This document shows, one piece after another, positions 24,803 through 37,604 of a stretch of DNA of 64,000 bases. Both the position numbers and the translations under genes were made by a program. Below the pieces are notes generated by a model. That model had not been told where the DNA came from, did not search any database, and worked only from the letters and a program-made list of their open reading frames with translations. Source of the DNA: Octopus sinensis. Lineage: Eukaryota. Every line of letters begins with the position of its first letter. The stretch's first letter is position 1. The stretch lies in NCBI RefSeq assembly GCF_006345805.1, contig NC_042997.1:178126001-178190000 (forward strand). Direction: 5' to 3'.

Positions 24803-27800
24803 GGTACACACATATAGCCAATACAAGGGCACACATATTGCTAGTACAAGGTCACACATATTGCTAGTACAAGGCCACACATATTGCTAGTACAAGGTCA
24901 CACATATTGCTAGTACAAGGTCACACATATTGCCAGTACAAGGCCACACATATTGCTAGTACAAGGTCACACATATTGCTAGTACAAGGCCACACATATT
25001 GCTAGTACAAAGTCACACATATTGCTAGTACAAGGCCACACATATTGAGGGTAGAAGGCCACACATATTGCCAGTACAAGGTCACACATATTGCCAGTAC
25101 AAGGTCACACATATTGCTAGTACAGGGTCACACACATTGCTTGTACAAAGTCACACATATTGCTAGTACAAGGACACATATATTGCCAGTACAATGCCAC
25201 ACATATTGCTAGTACAAGGCGACACATATTGCTAGTACAAGGTCACACATATTGCCAGTACAAGGTCACACATATTGCTAGTACAAGGTCACACGTATTG
25301 CCAGTACAAGGTCACACATATTGCTAGTACAAGGTCACACATATTGCTAGTACAAGGCCACACATATTGCTAGTACAAGGTCACACATATTGCTAGTACA
25401 AGGTCACACATATTGCTAGTACAAGGTCACACATATCGCTAGTACAAGGCCACACATATTGCTAGTACAAGGTCACACATATTGCTTGTACAAGGTCACA
25501 CATATTGCTAGTACAAGGTCACAAATATCGCTAGTACAAGGCCACACATATTGCTAGTACAAGGTCACACATATTGCTAGTACAAGGTCACACATATTGC
25601 TAGTACAAGGCCACGCATATTGCTAGTACAAGGTCACACATATTGGCAGTGCAAGTCCACACATATTGCTAATACAAAGTCACACATATTGCTAGTACAA
25701 GGCCACACATATTGCTAGTACAAGGTCACACATATTGCTAGTACAAGGCCACTCATATTGCTAGAACAAGGTCACATATATTGCCAGTACAAGTCCACAC
25801 ATATTGCTAGTACAAGGTCACACATATTGCTAATACAAGGTCACACATATTGCTAGTACAAGGTCACACATATTGCCAGTACAAGTCCACACATATTGCT
25901 AATACAAGGTCACACATATTGCTAGTACAAGGTCACACATATTGCTAGTACAAGGTCACACATATTGCTAGTACAAGGTCACACATATTGCTTGTACAAG
26001 GTCACACATATCGCAAGTACAAGGTCACACATATTGCTAGTACAAGGCCACACATATTGCTAGTACAAGGTCACACATATTGCTAGTACAAGGCCACACA
26101 TATTGCTAGTACAAGGTCACATATATTGCAAGTACAAGGCCACACATATTGCTAGTACAAGGTCACACATATTGCCAGTACAAGTCCACACATATTGCTA
26201 ATACAAGGTCACACATATTGCTAGTACAAGGTCACACATATTGCCAGTACAAGTCCACACATATTGCTAATACAAGGTCACACATATTGCTAGTACAAGG
26301 CCACATATATTGCTAGTACAAGGTCACACATATTGCCAGTACAAGTCCACACATATTGCTAGTACAAGGTCACACATATTGCTAGTACAAGGTCACACAT
26401 ATTGCTAGTACAAGGTCACACATATTGCTAGTACAAGGTCACACATATTGCTAGTACAAGGACACACATATTGCTAGTACAAGGTCACACATATTGCTAG
26501 TACAAGGTCACACATATTGCTAGTACAAGGTCACACATATTGCTAGTACAAGGACACACATATTGCTAGTACAAGGCCACACATATTGCTAGTACAAAGT
26601 CACACATATCGCTAGTACAAGGCCACAGATATTGCTAGTACAAGGTCACACATATTGCTAGTACAAGGTCACACATATTGCTTGTACAAGGTCACACATA
26701 TCGCAAGTACAAGGCCACACATATTGCTAGTACAAGGTCACACATATTGCTAGTACAAGTACACATATATTGCCAGTACAAGGCCACACATATTGCTAGT
26801 ACAAGACCGCACATATTGCTAGTACAAGGTCACACATATTGCTAGTACAAGGTCACACATATTGCCCGTACAAGGCCACACATATTGCTAGTACAAGGCC
26901 ACACATATTGCTAGTACAAGGTCACGTATATTGCTAGTACAAGGCCACACATACTGCTAGTACAAGGCCACACATATTGCTAGTACAAGGTCACACATAT
27001 TGCCAGTACAAGTCCACACATATTGCTAATACAAGGTCACACATATTGCTAGTACAAGGTCACACATATTGCTAGTACAAGGTCACACATATTGCTAGTA
27101 CAAGGTCACACATATTGCTAGTACAAGGTCACACATATTGCTAGTACAAGGACACACATATTGCTAGTACAAGGTCACACATATCGCTAGTACAAGGCCA
27201 CACATATTGCTAGTACAAGGTCACACATATTGCTAGTACAAGGTCACACATATTGCTAGTACAAGGTCACAAATATCGCTAGTACAAGGCCACACATATT
27301 GCTAGTACAAGGTCACACATATTGCTAGTACAAGGACACACATATTGCCAGTACAAGGCCACACATATTGCTAGTACAAGGTCACACATATTGCTAGTAC
27401 AAGGTCACACATATTGCTAGTACAAGGCCACGCATATTGCTAGTACAAGGTCACACATATTGGCAGTACAAGTCCACACATATTGCTAATACAAAGTCAC
27501 ACATATTGCTAGTACAAGGTCACACACATATTGCTAGTACAGGTCACACATATTGCTAGTACAAGGTCACACATATCGCTAGTACAAGGTCACACATATT
27601 GCTGTACAAGGTCACACATATCGCAAGTACAAGGTCACACATATTGCTAGTACAAGGCCACACATATTGCTAGTACAAGGTCACACATATTGCTAGTACA
27701 AGGCACACATATTGCTAGTACAAGGTCACATATATTGCAAGTACAAGGCCACACATATTGCTAGTACAAGGTCACACATATTGCCAGTACAAGTCCACAC

Positions 27801-28332
27801 ATATTGCTAGTACAAGGCCACACATATTGCTAGTACAAGGTCACACATATTGCTAGTACAAGGCCACACATATTGCTAGTACAAGGTCACACATATTGCT
27901 AGTACAAGGTCACATATATTGCTAGTACAAGGTCACACATATTGCTAGTACAAGTCCACACATATTGCTAATACATGGTCACACATATTGCTAGTACAAG
28001 GTCACACATATTGCCAGTACAAGTCCACACATATTGCTAGTACAAGGTCACACATATTGCTAGTACAAGGTCACACATATTGCCAGTACAAGTCCACACA
28101 TATTGCTAATACAAGGTCACACATATTGCTAGTACAAGGCCACACATATTCCTAGTACAAGGTCACACATATTCCTAGTACAAGGCCACACATATTGCTA
28201 GTACAAAGTCACACATATTGCCAGTACAAGGCCACACATATTGCCAGTACAAGGCCACACATATTGCTAGTACAAGGTCACACATGTTGCTAGTACAAGG
28301 TCACACATATTGCTAGTACAAGGCCACACATT
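24803..28332. repeat. 23-bp minisatellite, consensus GTCACACATATTGCTAGTACAAG, about 150 units
   Basis: Contiguous tandem units with recurring variants; no spacers. Confidence 0.98.
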
Positions 28333-28810
28333 TGAGATGGACAGTCAATTAAATTGATTATCTCTCCGTAGTACATGCTGACCAACCTTGGTGGGATTTG
28401 AACTCCAGATTTCATCTTTTGTCTTTTATTTTTATATCTTTTACTTGTTTCAGTCATCAGACTGTGACCATGCTGGAGCATCACACTGAATTTTTAGTTG
28501 AACGAATGCATCGATCCTAGTATTTCTTTTTTAAACCTAGTACTTATTCTATATGTACCTTTGTCGAGCTGCTAAGTCACAGGGATGCAAACGCACAGAC
28601 ACTGGTTGTCAAGTGGTGGAGGTGGGGACAAACACAGACACACACACATTTACATATATACATATATATATATTACAGAGATGTACTTGCATAGCAAGTG
28701 ACCTGATCTGAGATCGTATGCAGAAACAAAAACAATTGCAGAATAGGTGTTTATAAGCCATTTAAAACACACACAAAAACCGTTAGATTCACTTCAACAT
28801 TTAAATTTAA

Positions 28811-28861
28811 TTTGCCAAAATATTTTCGTCGCTTTGAGACCGCGACCTGTTCACTGACAAA
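28811..28861 (-). ncRNA. Minimal type-I hammerhead-like motif with G3-C8 core
   Basis: Minus strand TTTGTCA-GTGAACA-G-GTCGC-ggtctcaaa-GCGAC-GAA-AATATT-T-TGGCAAA: stem I, core, stem II, palindromic helix III. Confidence 0.6.
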
Positions 28862-28894
28862 ATTCCATGCTGCATATGTATATACAAATAGATA

Positions 28895-29240
28895 TACAAT
28901 GGGCTTCTTTCAGTTTCTTATTTCTTTATTGCCCACAAGGGGCTAAACATAGAGGGGACAAACAAGGACAGACAAAAGGGTTAAGTCGATTACATTGACC
29001 CCAGTGCGTAACTGGTACTTAATTTATCGACCCCAAAAGGATGAAAGGCAAAGTCAACCCCGGCAGAATTTGAACTCAGAACGTAATGGCAGACAAGAGA
29101 CCACTAAGCAATTCGCCCGGTGTGCTAACGTTTCTGCCAGCTCGTCGCCTTTTTTCAGTTTCTCTCTACCAAATCCACTCGCAAGGCTTCAGTTGGCCCA
29201 AGACTATAATAGAAGACACTTGTCCAAGGTGCCATGCAGG
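28895..29240 (-). mobile_element. SINE-A with full SINE-C inserted (about 28920-29150), TSD TTTCAGTTTCT
   Basis: TTTCAGTTTCT on both sides of the SINE-C copy. Confidence 0.8.
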
Positions 29241-29829
29241 GGACAAAATGAAAATGCTGTTTATGTCAACCAACTCTTCCCTTTGTGACAAATGAACGAC
29301 CAGCATATGAGTTTCCTCATGGTCTCTTAACAGTTGTTTAGCAACCAGATCTCTGTCAGATCTAATCATTTATCTGTAATGTCTTAAACAAGTTAGAATA
29401 CATTGGGTGATGTAGTCCCAGATACTCCTAAAAAAAGAGTAGGATGGTTATGGCTGGAATACTTCTTATCATAGGTGTGCCAATTCAAAGTTGGTGTAGG
29501 CTCAAACTGATGAATAATAAACAAAAAATTCCAAACATAATGATATATTTTTCTGACAGTCACGAAGAAGGTGTGTTCTTGTTTGTTCCTTTGAAATCAC
29601 AAGCCAAGTCAGTAATAAATCACATTATCACACTGAAAACAACTTTGACATAGTTATTTTCTACTACTGCCAACTTACTATTACAAACCTACATCAATGA
29701 TTTAATTTCCTTAAATAAAATGAATATATAGGTGCAGGTGTAGCTGTGTGGTAAGATGCTTACTTCCCCATCACATGGTTCTGGATTCAGTCTCACTATT
29801 TGGCACCCTGGGCAAGTGTCTTGTTATAT

Positions 29830-29984
29830 AGCCTCAGGCTGACCTAAGCCTTGTGAGTGGATTTGGTAGACAGAAACTGAAAGAAGCCCATACACAAACA
29901 CACATATATATATATATATACGATGGGCTTCTTTCAGTTTCTGTCTACCAAATCCACTCACAAGGCTTAGGTCAGCCTGAGGCT
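29830..29984. repeat. Perfect 61-bp inverted duplication of part of a SINE-A around a (CA/TA)n spacer
   Basis: 29830-29890 is the exact reverse complement of 29924-29984. Confidence 0.95.
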
Positions 29985-30043
29985 GGAATACTTCTTATCA
30001 TAGGTGTGCCCATTCAAAGTTGGTGTATATATATATACATATA

Positions 30044-31276
30044 CAGGGGTTGTACAAAATAATGGGAACACCTAGCATCATAACTTTGAAATGTCTATAA
30101 AACCATCAAAAGCTTGTTTATTTTATGTTTTTTTTTTTATTTATTATTAATGTTGCTTAATATGTTTTGCTAAAATTACTGTTTCTTTTTAGATATCATC
30201 AGAAAAAGGTAATTAAAATGACAGATCTGTTGGACTTTCAAAGATGTCAAATTGTTGGCACTCATATGGCAGGTACTAGCATAACGAAAACAGCCGAAAT
30301 GTTTGGTTTATCAAGAAGTACTGTCACGAAAGTATTGACAGCCTTTGAGAAAGAGGGAAAACCTCCTCATCAAAAACAAAACTCCAGAAGGAAACCAAAA
30401 CTTTCAAATAGGGACCAGCAGAATTGTTAGAAAGGATCACAAAAGTACAGCTCCCCAAAATACTTCAGAGCTTAATGACCACCTCGAGAACCCAGTTTCC
30501 ACAAAAACTGTTCACCAGGAGCTGCACAAAGTCGAATTTCACAGGAGGGCTGCAATCAGAAAACCACTACTTTCAAAAAAATACGTTGCAAAGCATTTAG
30601 AGTGGAGTAAAAACCTACAGAATTGGTCCCTAGAACAATGGAAGAATGTTATTTTCTAGGATGAGTCTTCCTTTATCTTATTTCCGACCACCTGCTGAGT
30701 ATACATGTGGAGACAGCCAAAAGAAGCATTTGACCCAGACTGTCTTCTTCCAACTGTTAAACATGGAGGAGGATCTGTGATGATCTTGGAAATCTGCTGC
30801 CCCAATGGTTTCCCATCATGACAGAATTAATAGTCAAGCCTATTTAAGCATTTCATCTGATCAAATTCATCCTATGCTTGTGGAACTGTTTCTGGAGGGA
30901 AACGCAATCTTCCAGGATGATAATGCACCAATTCACACAGGTAAAGTTGTTTCTGAATGGCATGAGGAATATTTTAGTGAAGTTGAATATCTTATCTAGC
31001 CACTACAGTCCCCAGATCTCAAATTTATTGAACATTTATGGTGCATTTTAGAAAAACAAGTAAGGAGTCGATATCTTCTACCATCACCACTACAAGAACT
31101 GGAGACTATTTTAACTGAAGAATGGACAAAAGTTCCTTTGGAAACAATTCAAAGTTTGTACAAGTCCATACCTCATAGAATTCAAGCTATAATTACTGCT
31201 AAAGGTGGTCCTACCCCACATTAAAATAAATTTGTTTGAAATTTTAAGGTGTTTCCATTATTTTGTCCAACCCCTG
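30044..31276 (+). mobile_element. Full-length Tc1-family transposon (1233 bp), DD36E, inactivated by stops and frameshifts
   Basis: TA TSD; 29-bp TIRs CAGGGGTTG(T/G)ACAAAATAATGG(G/A)AACACC; ATG 30218 to TAA about 31224; VIF*DESSF, FQDDNAPIH, SPDLKFIEHLW. Confidence 0.95.
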
Positions 31277-32840
31277 TATATGCATATATATATATCTCTA
31301 TGTGTGTCTTTGTGTCTGTATTCCTCCCCTGCCACTGCTTGACAACCAGTGTTGGTGTGTTTATGTCCGTGTAACTTAGTGGTTTGGTAAAAGTAACTGA
31401 AAGAATAAACACTAGGCATAAAAAATAAATCCTGGGATCAATTTGTTCAACTAAAACCCTTCATTGTGGTGCCCCAGCTTGGCTGCAGTCAAATGACTGA
31501 AACAAGTAAAAGATCTCTTACCTCTCAACACCTGGCATAAACCACTTCACTCAATACTTCATGCTCTCTCAATCAAGGGGTCTTATCTTGTGAGCTACTT
31601 GGTGACCTCAATAATGTTAGTATCATGACAATGCACCTAATACCTCTGTAAAGTGGCTGACATTGAAAAGGGCCTCCAGCCATAGAAACTATGTCACATT
31701 AGACACTGGAGCTTAACACAGTCTTCTGACATGTCAGACCCTGTGAAATTATCAATCCCATGCCAGTATATGATATGGATGCTAAATGATGATGATGATG
31801 ATGATGATCTGTTGGTTTTGATGGTGCAATTTCGAAATTGTTTGATCAACAGAAAAGCTTACTCATTAAATTAGAATATATGCAACAGAGTTTTCCATAG
31901 ATAAATGTGTCTTTAATGTTATCAAGCAGAATCAGTGAGATAGTGTTTGATAAATCTGGTCTTTTGAATTACCGATACATTCCGTTCAACTAACTTTCTG
32001 TTTACCCAGGTTTGCTCTCAAGGTTTGGGTTGGATTGAAGCTATGATAAAAACACTTGCTCAGGAAACCGCATTGTGAGTCTGAACCTGGGACTTCATGA
32101 TTGAGAAGTAGATTTAGTCATACAAACATATATTCTTCTATTGCAACGAATAATAAAAAAAAAGATTATTTCTCTAATCTTTTATGGAGTCACAGCTATC
32201 CCAACTGATAGAAAAACTATCAAGCTGCTGAAGTGTTTTAAGAAGTTAGTAGCTAAGTGATGAATTGTATGCTCTCACCAGAACTGTACTTCTCTATATA
32301 GACTAAATACTTAAAAACTAAATAGTCTAGATCACCAAGGTCAAAATAGATACTATGAGAGGTGGGATAAATCTACTATTGTAACAGATATACTTTGGCA
32401 ATGTTTAAATCATCGTATAAGTGTTACCAGATGAAGTAGGGGCTGCACAAGTGTAATTCTCTCCAGAAATACCATTCAAATTCAAACAACTTTTTGAGTG
32501 GCTTGCATCTGACCTAATGAGTTATAAGATGCAAGCTATAAACTTTTCTCGGATTACCCAGATTTGGAATTCAAAAAATTCCTTAATACATGATTAATTT
32601 TCATTCAGATTTTGGATTAAATATTCTTTCTTCTAGATCCCAGGATCAAGTTTAGGTTCCCATTATGTTAGGTAGACACAGTAATTCTATTTGGTTAGAA
32701 AAGGGGCTTGCACTAATCCCTATCTTCTGGTAATCAACTAGTAAAAGTATATACATGTGTGAGTATATATATATATATATATTGTAAAGGCATTGTAAGA
32801 CTAACAACTTGGTGTACAGCTCAGTATCCATGTTTCAAAG

Positions 32841-33060
32841 GTGGCGAGCTGGTTGAAACATTAGCACACTGGACAAAATGCTTAGCGGTATTTCATCTGT
32901 TTTTACATTCTGAGTTCAAATTCTGCCGAGGTTGACTTTGCTTTTCATTCTTTCGGGGTCAATAAATTAAGTACCAGTAGTGTACTGGGGTTGATCAAAT
33001 CGACTGCCCCCCCCTCCCAACTCCCCCAAAATTTCGAGCTTTGTGTTTAGAGTAGAAAAG
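32841..33060 (+). mobile_element. SINE-C copy
   Basis: GGTGGCGAGCTGGTTGAAACATTAGC...GAGTTCAAATTC. Confidence 0.75.
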
Positions 33061-33117
33061 AAAAGAATATCCGTATGTTTCAGAACAAAATATTAGACAA
33101 GTATAGAGCAGTAATAA

Positions 33118-33352
33118 GAAAATGAGATGACAAAGGAATAAATGGTTATCTTATGAACTTTATTACCTTACAGCTGTTTCTGGTATAAGATTCAGCAGAC
33201 TCATAGTTGAGCACTTGAATAACAGGCTCCAATAAAGCTATAGGGTGTTATTCAGGCACTTAACTATGAGTTTGTTACATCTTATAGCAGAAACAGCAGT
33301 AAGCAAATGAAATTTATAAGATAACAATTTATTCCTTTGTCATCTCATTTTC
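33118..33352. repeat. Imperfect palindrome/MITE-like fold-back with GAAACAGC(T/A)GTA motif in both arms
   Basis: GAAAATGAGATGACAAAGGAATAAAT at left matches the reverse complement at right. Confidence 0.85.
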
Positions 33353-33362
33353 ATAAATATAT

Positions 33363-34140
33363 ATCATCATCATCATCATCATCATCGTTTAACGTCCGCT
33401 TTCCATACTAGCATGGGTTAGACGATTTGACTGAGGCCTGGTGAACCAGATGGCTGCACCAGGTTTCAATCTGATCTGGCAGAGTTTCTACAGCTGGATG
33501 CCCTTCCTAATGCCAACCACTCAGAGAGTGTAGTGGGTGCTTTTATGTGTCACCGGCACGAGGGCCAGTCATGCAGTACTGGCAATGGCCATGCTCAAAT
33601 GGTGCTCTTTATGTGCCACCTGCACAGGAGCCAGTCCAGCGGCACTGGCAACGACCTCACTTGAATGTTTTTTCACGTATCACCAGCACAAGTCCCAGTA
33701 AGGTGACGCAGGTAATGATCATGCTCGAATGGTGTTTTTTATGTGCCACCAGCATGGAAGCCAGTTTGTTTCTTTGGCAATGATCTTGCTCGGATGGTGC
33801 TCTTAGCGCTCCACTAGCACAGATGCCAGTCATCGAATTTGATTTTGATTTCGATTTCACTTGCCTCAACAGGTCTTCGCGAACAGAGTTTAGTGTCCAA
33901 TGAAGGAAAGGTATGCATAAGTGGGCTGGTTACAGAACTGGCATAGGCCATGAGGTTATGGTCTCATTTGGCTTGCTGAATCTTCTCAAGTACAGCATTG
34001 CCTCAGTGAGGCCCAATGTTCGAAGGTCATGCTTCACCACCTCATCCCAGGTCTTCCTGGGTTTACCTCTTCCACAGGTTCTCTCAACCACTAGGGTGTG
34101 GAACTTTTTCACACAGCTAGCCACATTTATCCTTGCGACA
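33363..34140 (-). mobile_element. 5'-truncated RTE LINE: ORF2 C-terminus, 3' UTR and (GAT)n tail
   Basis: ORF 33930-34124 CVKKFHTLVVERTCGRGKPRKTWDEVVKHDL is the RTE RT C-terminal motif (GRPRKTW), contiguous with the tail family. Confidence 0.85.
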
Positions 34141-34263
34141 TGACCATACTAGAGTTTTATCATGGCTACTGAATAATTGTGACATATTATATTCACAGAT
34201 TAATTCCTCTATTTACATAATATCAAGGTCTCTTTCATTCTTTTGTTGTCTTGCAATTTCTAT

Positions 34264-34320
<57 letters not shown>

Positions 34321-35007
34321 TACGTGTGTGTGACTGTCTCTCTGTCTTTGTGTTTCTCCCACTTTACCACTTGACAACTGGTAATAGTTTGTTTAGATTC
34401 CCATGGCTTGACAGTTCGGCAAAAGTGACCAAAGGAATAAGTACTTGACTCAAAAATAAACACTAGCATCAATTTGGTTGGCCAATTTATTCAAGGTGGC
34501 ACCCCAGCATGACCACAGCCTAATGGCTGAAACAAGTAAAAAATAAAAGATAAAAGATATCCTCATGACTAAATGTAATTGTCAACTTTATAAGAAACCC
34601 TGATATGTAATATCCGGATATGTAATATACAGATTTTTTAAACAGTGATGGTCAAAAACCACTGATAATCTACATTAGTTTCTGAGCAGGAACTTCAAAT
34701 TCCCATGACTACCAGACTAATTTACTGGTATCTTGCACAGACTACTGCCTTCATAGTACAGAATTAATAAACTTGTATCATTTATACCTCTACTTCATTT
34801 AATTATTTCACTAAATTTAATAGTTGTTTAATTTAGAGTGTGTTGACCAAGGTGACCATAACTGGTTTAGAAAATCAGTAATCTGAAAAGGGTTCGAATA
34901 ATTGATGTTGTACCTGTACCAATGGACCAATGATTAGTTTGTTAGAAACCCGTAACTGATGGTGCTATTATTCATAAATGCAAGATGAAAGAAAAGTGTC
35001 CAACATA

Positions 35008-35398
35008 GGCGCAGGTGTGGCTGTGTGGTAAATAGCTTGTCTACCAACCACATGGTTCAGGGTTCAGTCTCACTGCATAGCACCTTGGGCTGACCAGTGC
35101 CTTGTGAGTGGATTTGGTAGATAGAAACTAGAAGAAGCCCATTGTATATATATATATGTGTGTGTGTGTGCGTGCGCGCGCACACACATGTGTGTGCATG
35201 TGCGTGTATATGTTTGTGTGTATTTTTCCTCCCACCATCACTTGACAACCGATGTTGGTGTATTTACATGCCTGTAACTTAGCAGTTTGGCAAAAGGGAT
35301 GGACAAAGAATAATTCCTGCGGTTGATTTGTTCGACTAAAGGCAGTGCTCCAGCATGACTGCAGTCAAAGGACTGAAACAAATAAAAGAATAAAAGAA
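35008..35398 (+). mobile_element. SINE-A copy
   Basis: Full head, core, microsatellite and tail. Confidence 0.85.
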
Positions 35399-35654
35399 CA
35401 GTAATTTGAAATATATCTTACGTATTACAGAGATAGAGAGAGGGGGGAGATAGAGAGGGAGGGAAAAGAGAGAGAGAGAGAGAGAGAGAGAGGGAATAAT
35501 TAGTAGAAAAAATTGCTTACTCTTTTACCTGTTTTAGTCATTAGACTGTGGCTATGCTGGAGCACTGCCTTGAAGGGTTTTAGTCGAAGAAATCAACCCC
35601 AGAGCTTATTTTCAAGCCTTGTACTTATTCTATCGGTCTCGTAGGCTGAACCAT

Positions 35655-35960
35655 TAAGTGCCTTGGTTATGTGCTGTGGTTTGCTGTGATGCTCTTATGG
35701 TTACTGTATTGAAAGTGTCCTGCATAGGATGTGTGCAGTGTCCAGTAATGCAATTTTCTGTATGTTGTATATAGTTGTAAGTCCTGGTGTTTTTGTTATG
35801 TATTTATCTGAATATTTTTTTTATCATACCTAATGCACCTACTATGATAGGAATTGTTTCTGTTTTTAGATTCCACATTCGAGTTACCACTATTTCCAGG
35901 TCTTTGTATTTTGAAAGTTTCTCCATTTCTTTTAGAGTAACGGTGTCATCAATTAGAAAG
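35655..35960 (-). mobile_element. 3' end of an RLE-type (R4/NeSL-like) non-LTR element; second 3' UTR copy with (AAT)n tail at about 36235-36380
   Basis: Minus translation EKLSKYKDLEIVVTRMWNLKTETIPIIVGALG...IQKIALLDTAHILCRTL, typical restriction-like endonuclease C-terminus. Confidence 0.75.
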
Positions 35961-35977
35961 CCTTTTTTACTTCATGA

Positions 35978-36018
<41 letters not shown>

Positions 36019-36234
36019 GAAGCTATGCCAAAAGCTGTTACAATAATTTCCATTTCTTCCGGCTTTTTATGTTCTGGTTTGAAATTCCTCAGAGGTTGAC
36101 CTTGCTTTTTGTCCTTTCAGGGTCAATGAAATATGAATCAGTTGAATACTGGGGTCAATGTTATAGACTTAATTATTAGTAAGTATGGAAAAGAAAAAAG
36201 ACATGCATTAAAAATTAGAATTTTTTGATAAATA

Positions 36235-36271
<37 letters not shown>

Positions 36272-36378
36272 TAATTTTATTTTTATAGCGGGCTTTCATT
36301 TCACTATTGAGTGTAGCTCTGTGTGTCTTAGGCATGTGCTGTGGTTTGTTGTGATGCTCTTATGGTTACTGTATTGAA

Positions 36379-36410
<32 letters not shown>

Positions 36411-36412
<2 letters not shown>

Positions 36413-36570
36413 TGTAGGAGTGGCTGTGTGGCAAGTAGCTTGCTTACCGACCACATGGTTCTGGGTTCAGTCCCACTGCGTGGCACCTTAGATAAATGTT
36501 TTCTACTATAGCCTCGAGCTGACCAAAGCCTTGTGAGTGGATTTGGTAGATGGAAAGTAAAAGAAACAAC

Positions 36571-36614
<44 letters not shown>

Positions 36615-36986
36615 ATATGTTTGTGTGTCTGTGTTTGTCAACCCAACAGAGCTTGACAACCTATGCTGGTGTGTTTACATCCCCGTAACTTAGTGGCTCA
36701 GCAAAAGAGACCGATAGAATAAGTACTAGGCTTACAAAGAATAAGTCCTGGGGTTGATTTGCTCGACTAAAGGCGGCACTCCAGCATGGCCACAGTAAAA
36801 GAGTAAAGAGTAAAAGATATATATAACAGGCTTCTATATAGGCACAGGAGTGGCTGTGTGGTAAGTAGCTTGCTTACCAACCACATGGTTCCGGGTTCAG
36901 TGCCACTGCATGGCACCTTGGACAAATGTCTTCTGTAGCCTTGGGCCGATTAAAGCCTTGTGAGTGGATTTGGTAGATGGAAAGAA

Positions 36987-37032
<46 letters not shown>

Positions 37033-37205
37033 GTGTGTATATGTTTGTGTGTCTGTGCTTGTCCCCACCCCAGCATAGCTTGACAAAAGATGCTGGTGTG
37101 TTTACGTCCTCATAATGTAGCAGTTTGGTAAAAGAGTTGATATGCTCGACTAAAGGCGATGCTTCAGCATGGCCGCAATCAAATGACTGAAACAAGTAAA
37201 ATAAA
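36411..37205 (+). mobile_element. Two tandem SINE-A copies
   Basis: Heads at about 36411 and 36841. Confidence 0.85.
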
Positions 37206-37524
37206 ACATAAAAAAGGCAAACAAAAAAAAAGTTACAATTTCATAGTATAATAGGTTGTTGTATGATTTAAATGGTTAAAGTTAGACGTTTGAGTGATGA
37301 AAGTTTTAGAGAAATGAGTGTGATTATGAGAACTGTTTTAAAACATCTATGGTATTTTGGGGCTCTTTTTCCTTTCACAGAACAATATGGTAGTTTACAA
37401 CCATTTTCTAGTTCTAAAACAATTAGGTTCAGAAGATTCCGCCTGTTGTTCACATTCTTCAGGTTACTTCATGCAATTTTAGTTTAAAAAAAAATGCTAA
37501 GGGATAGAGAGTGTATGAGAGAGA

Positions 37525-37604
<80 letters not shown>

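Noticed and set aside
22275-28332. CRISPR-like appearance of the 19-bp and 23-bp arrays
   Set aside because: Units are contiguous with no unique spacers, there are no cas genes, and the context is eukaryotic.
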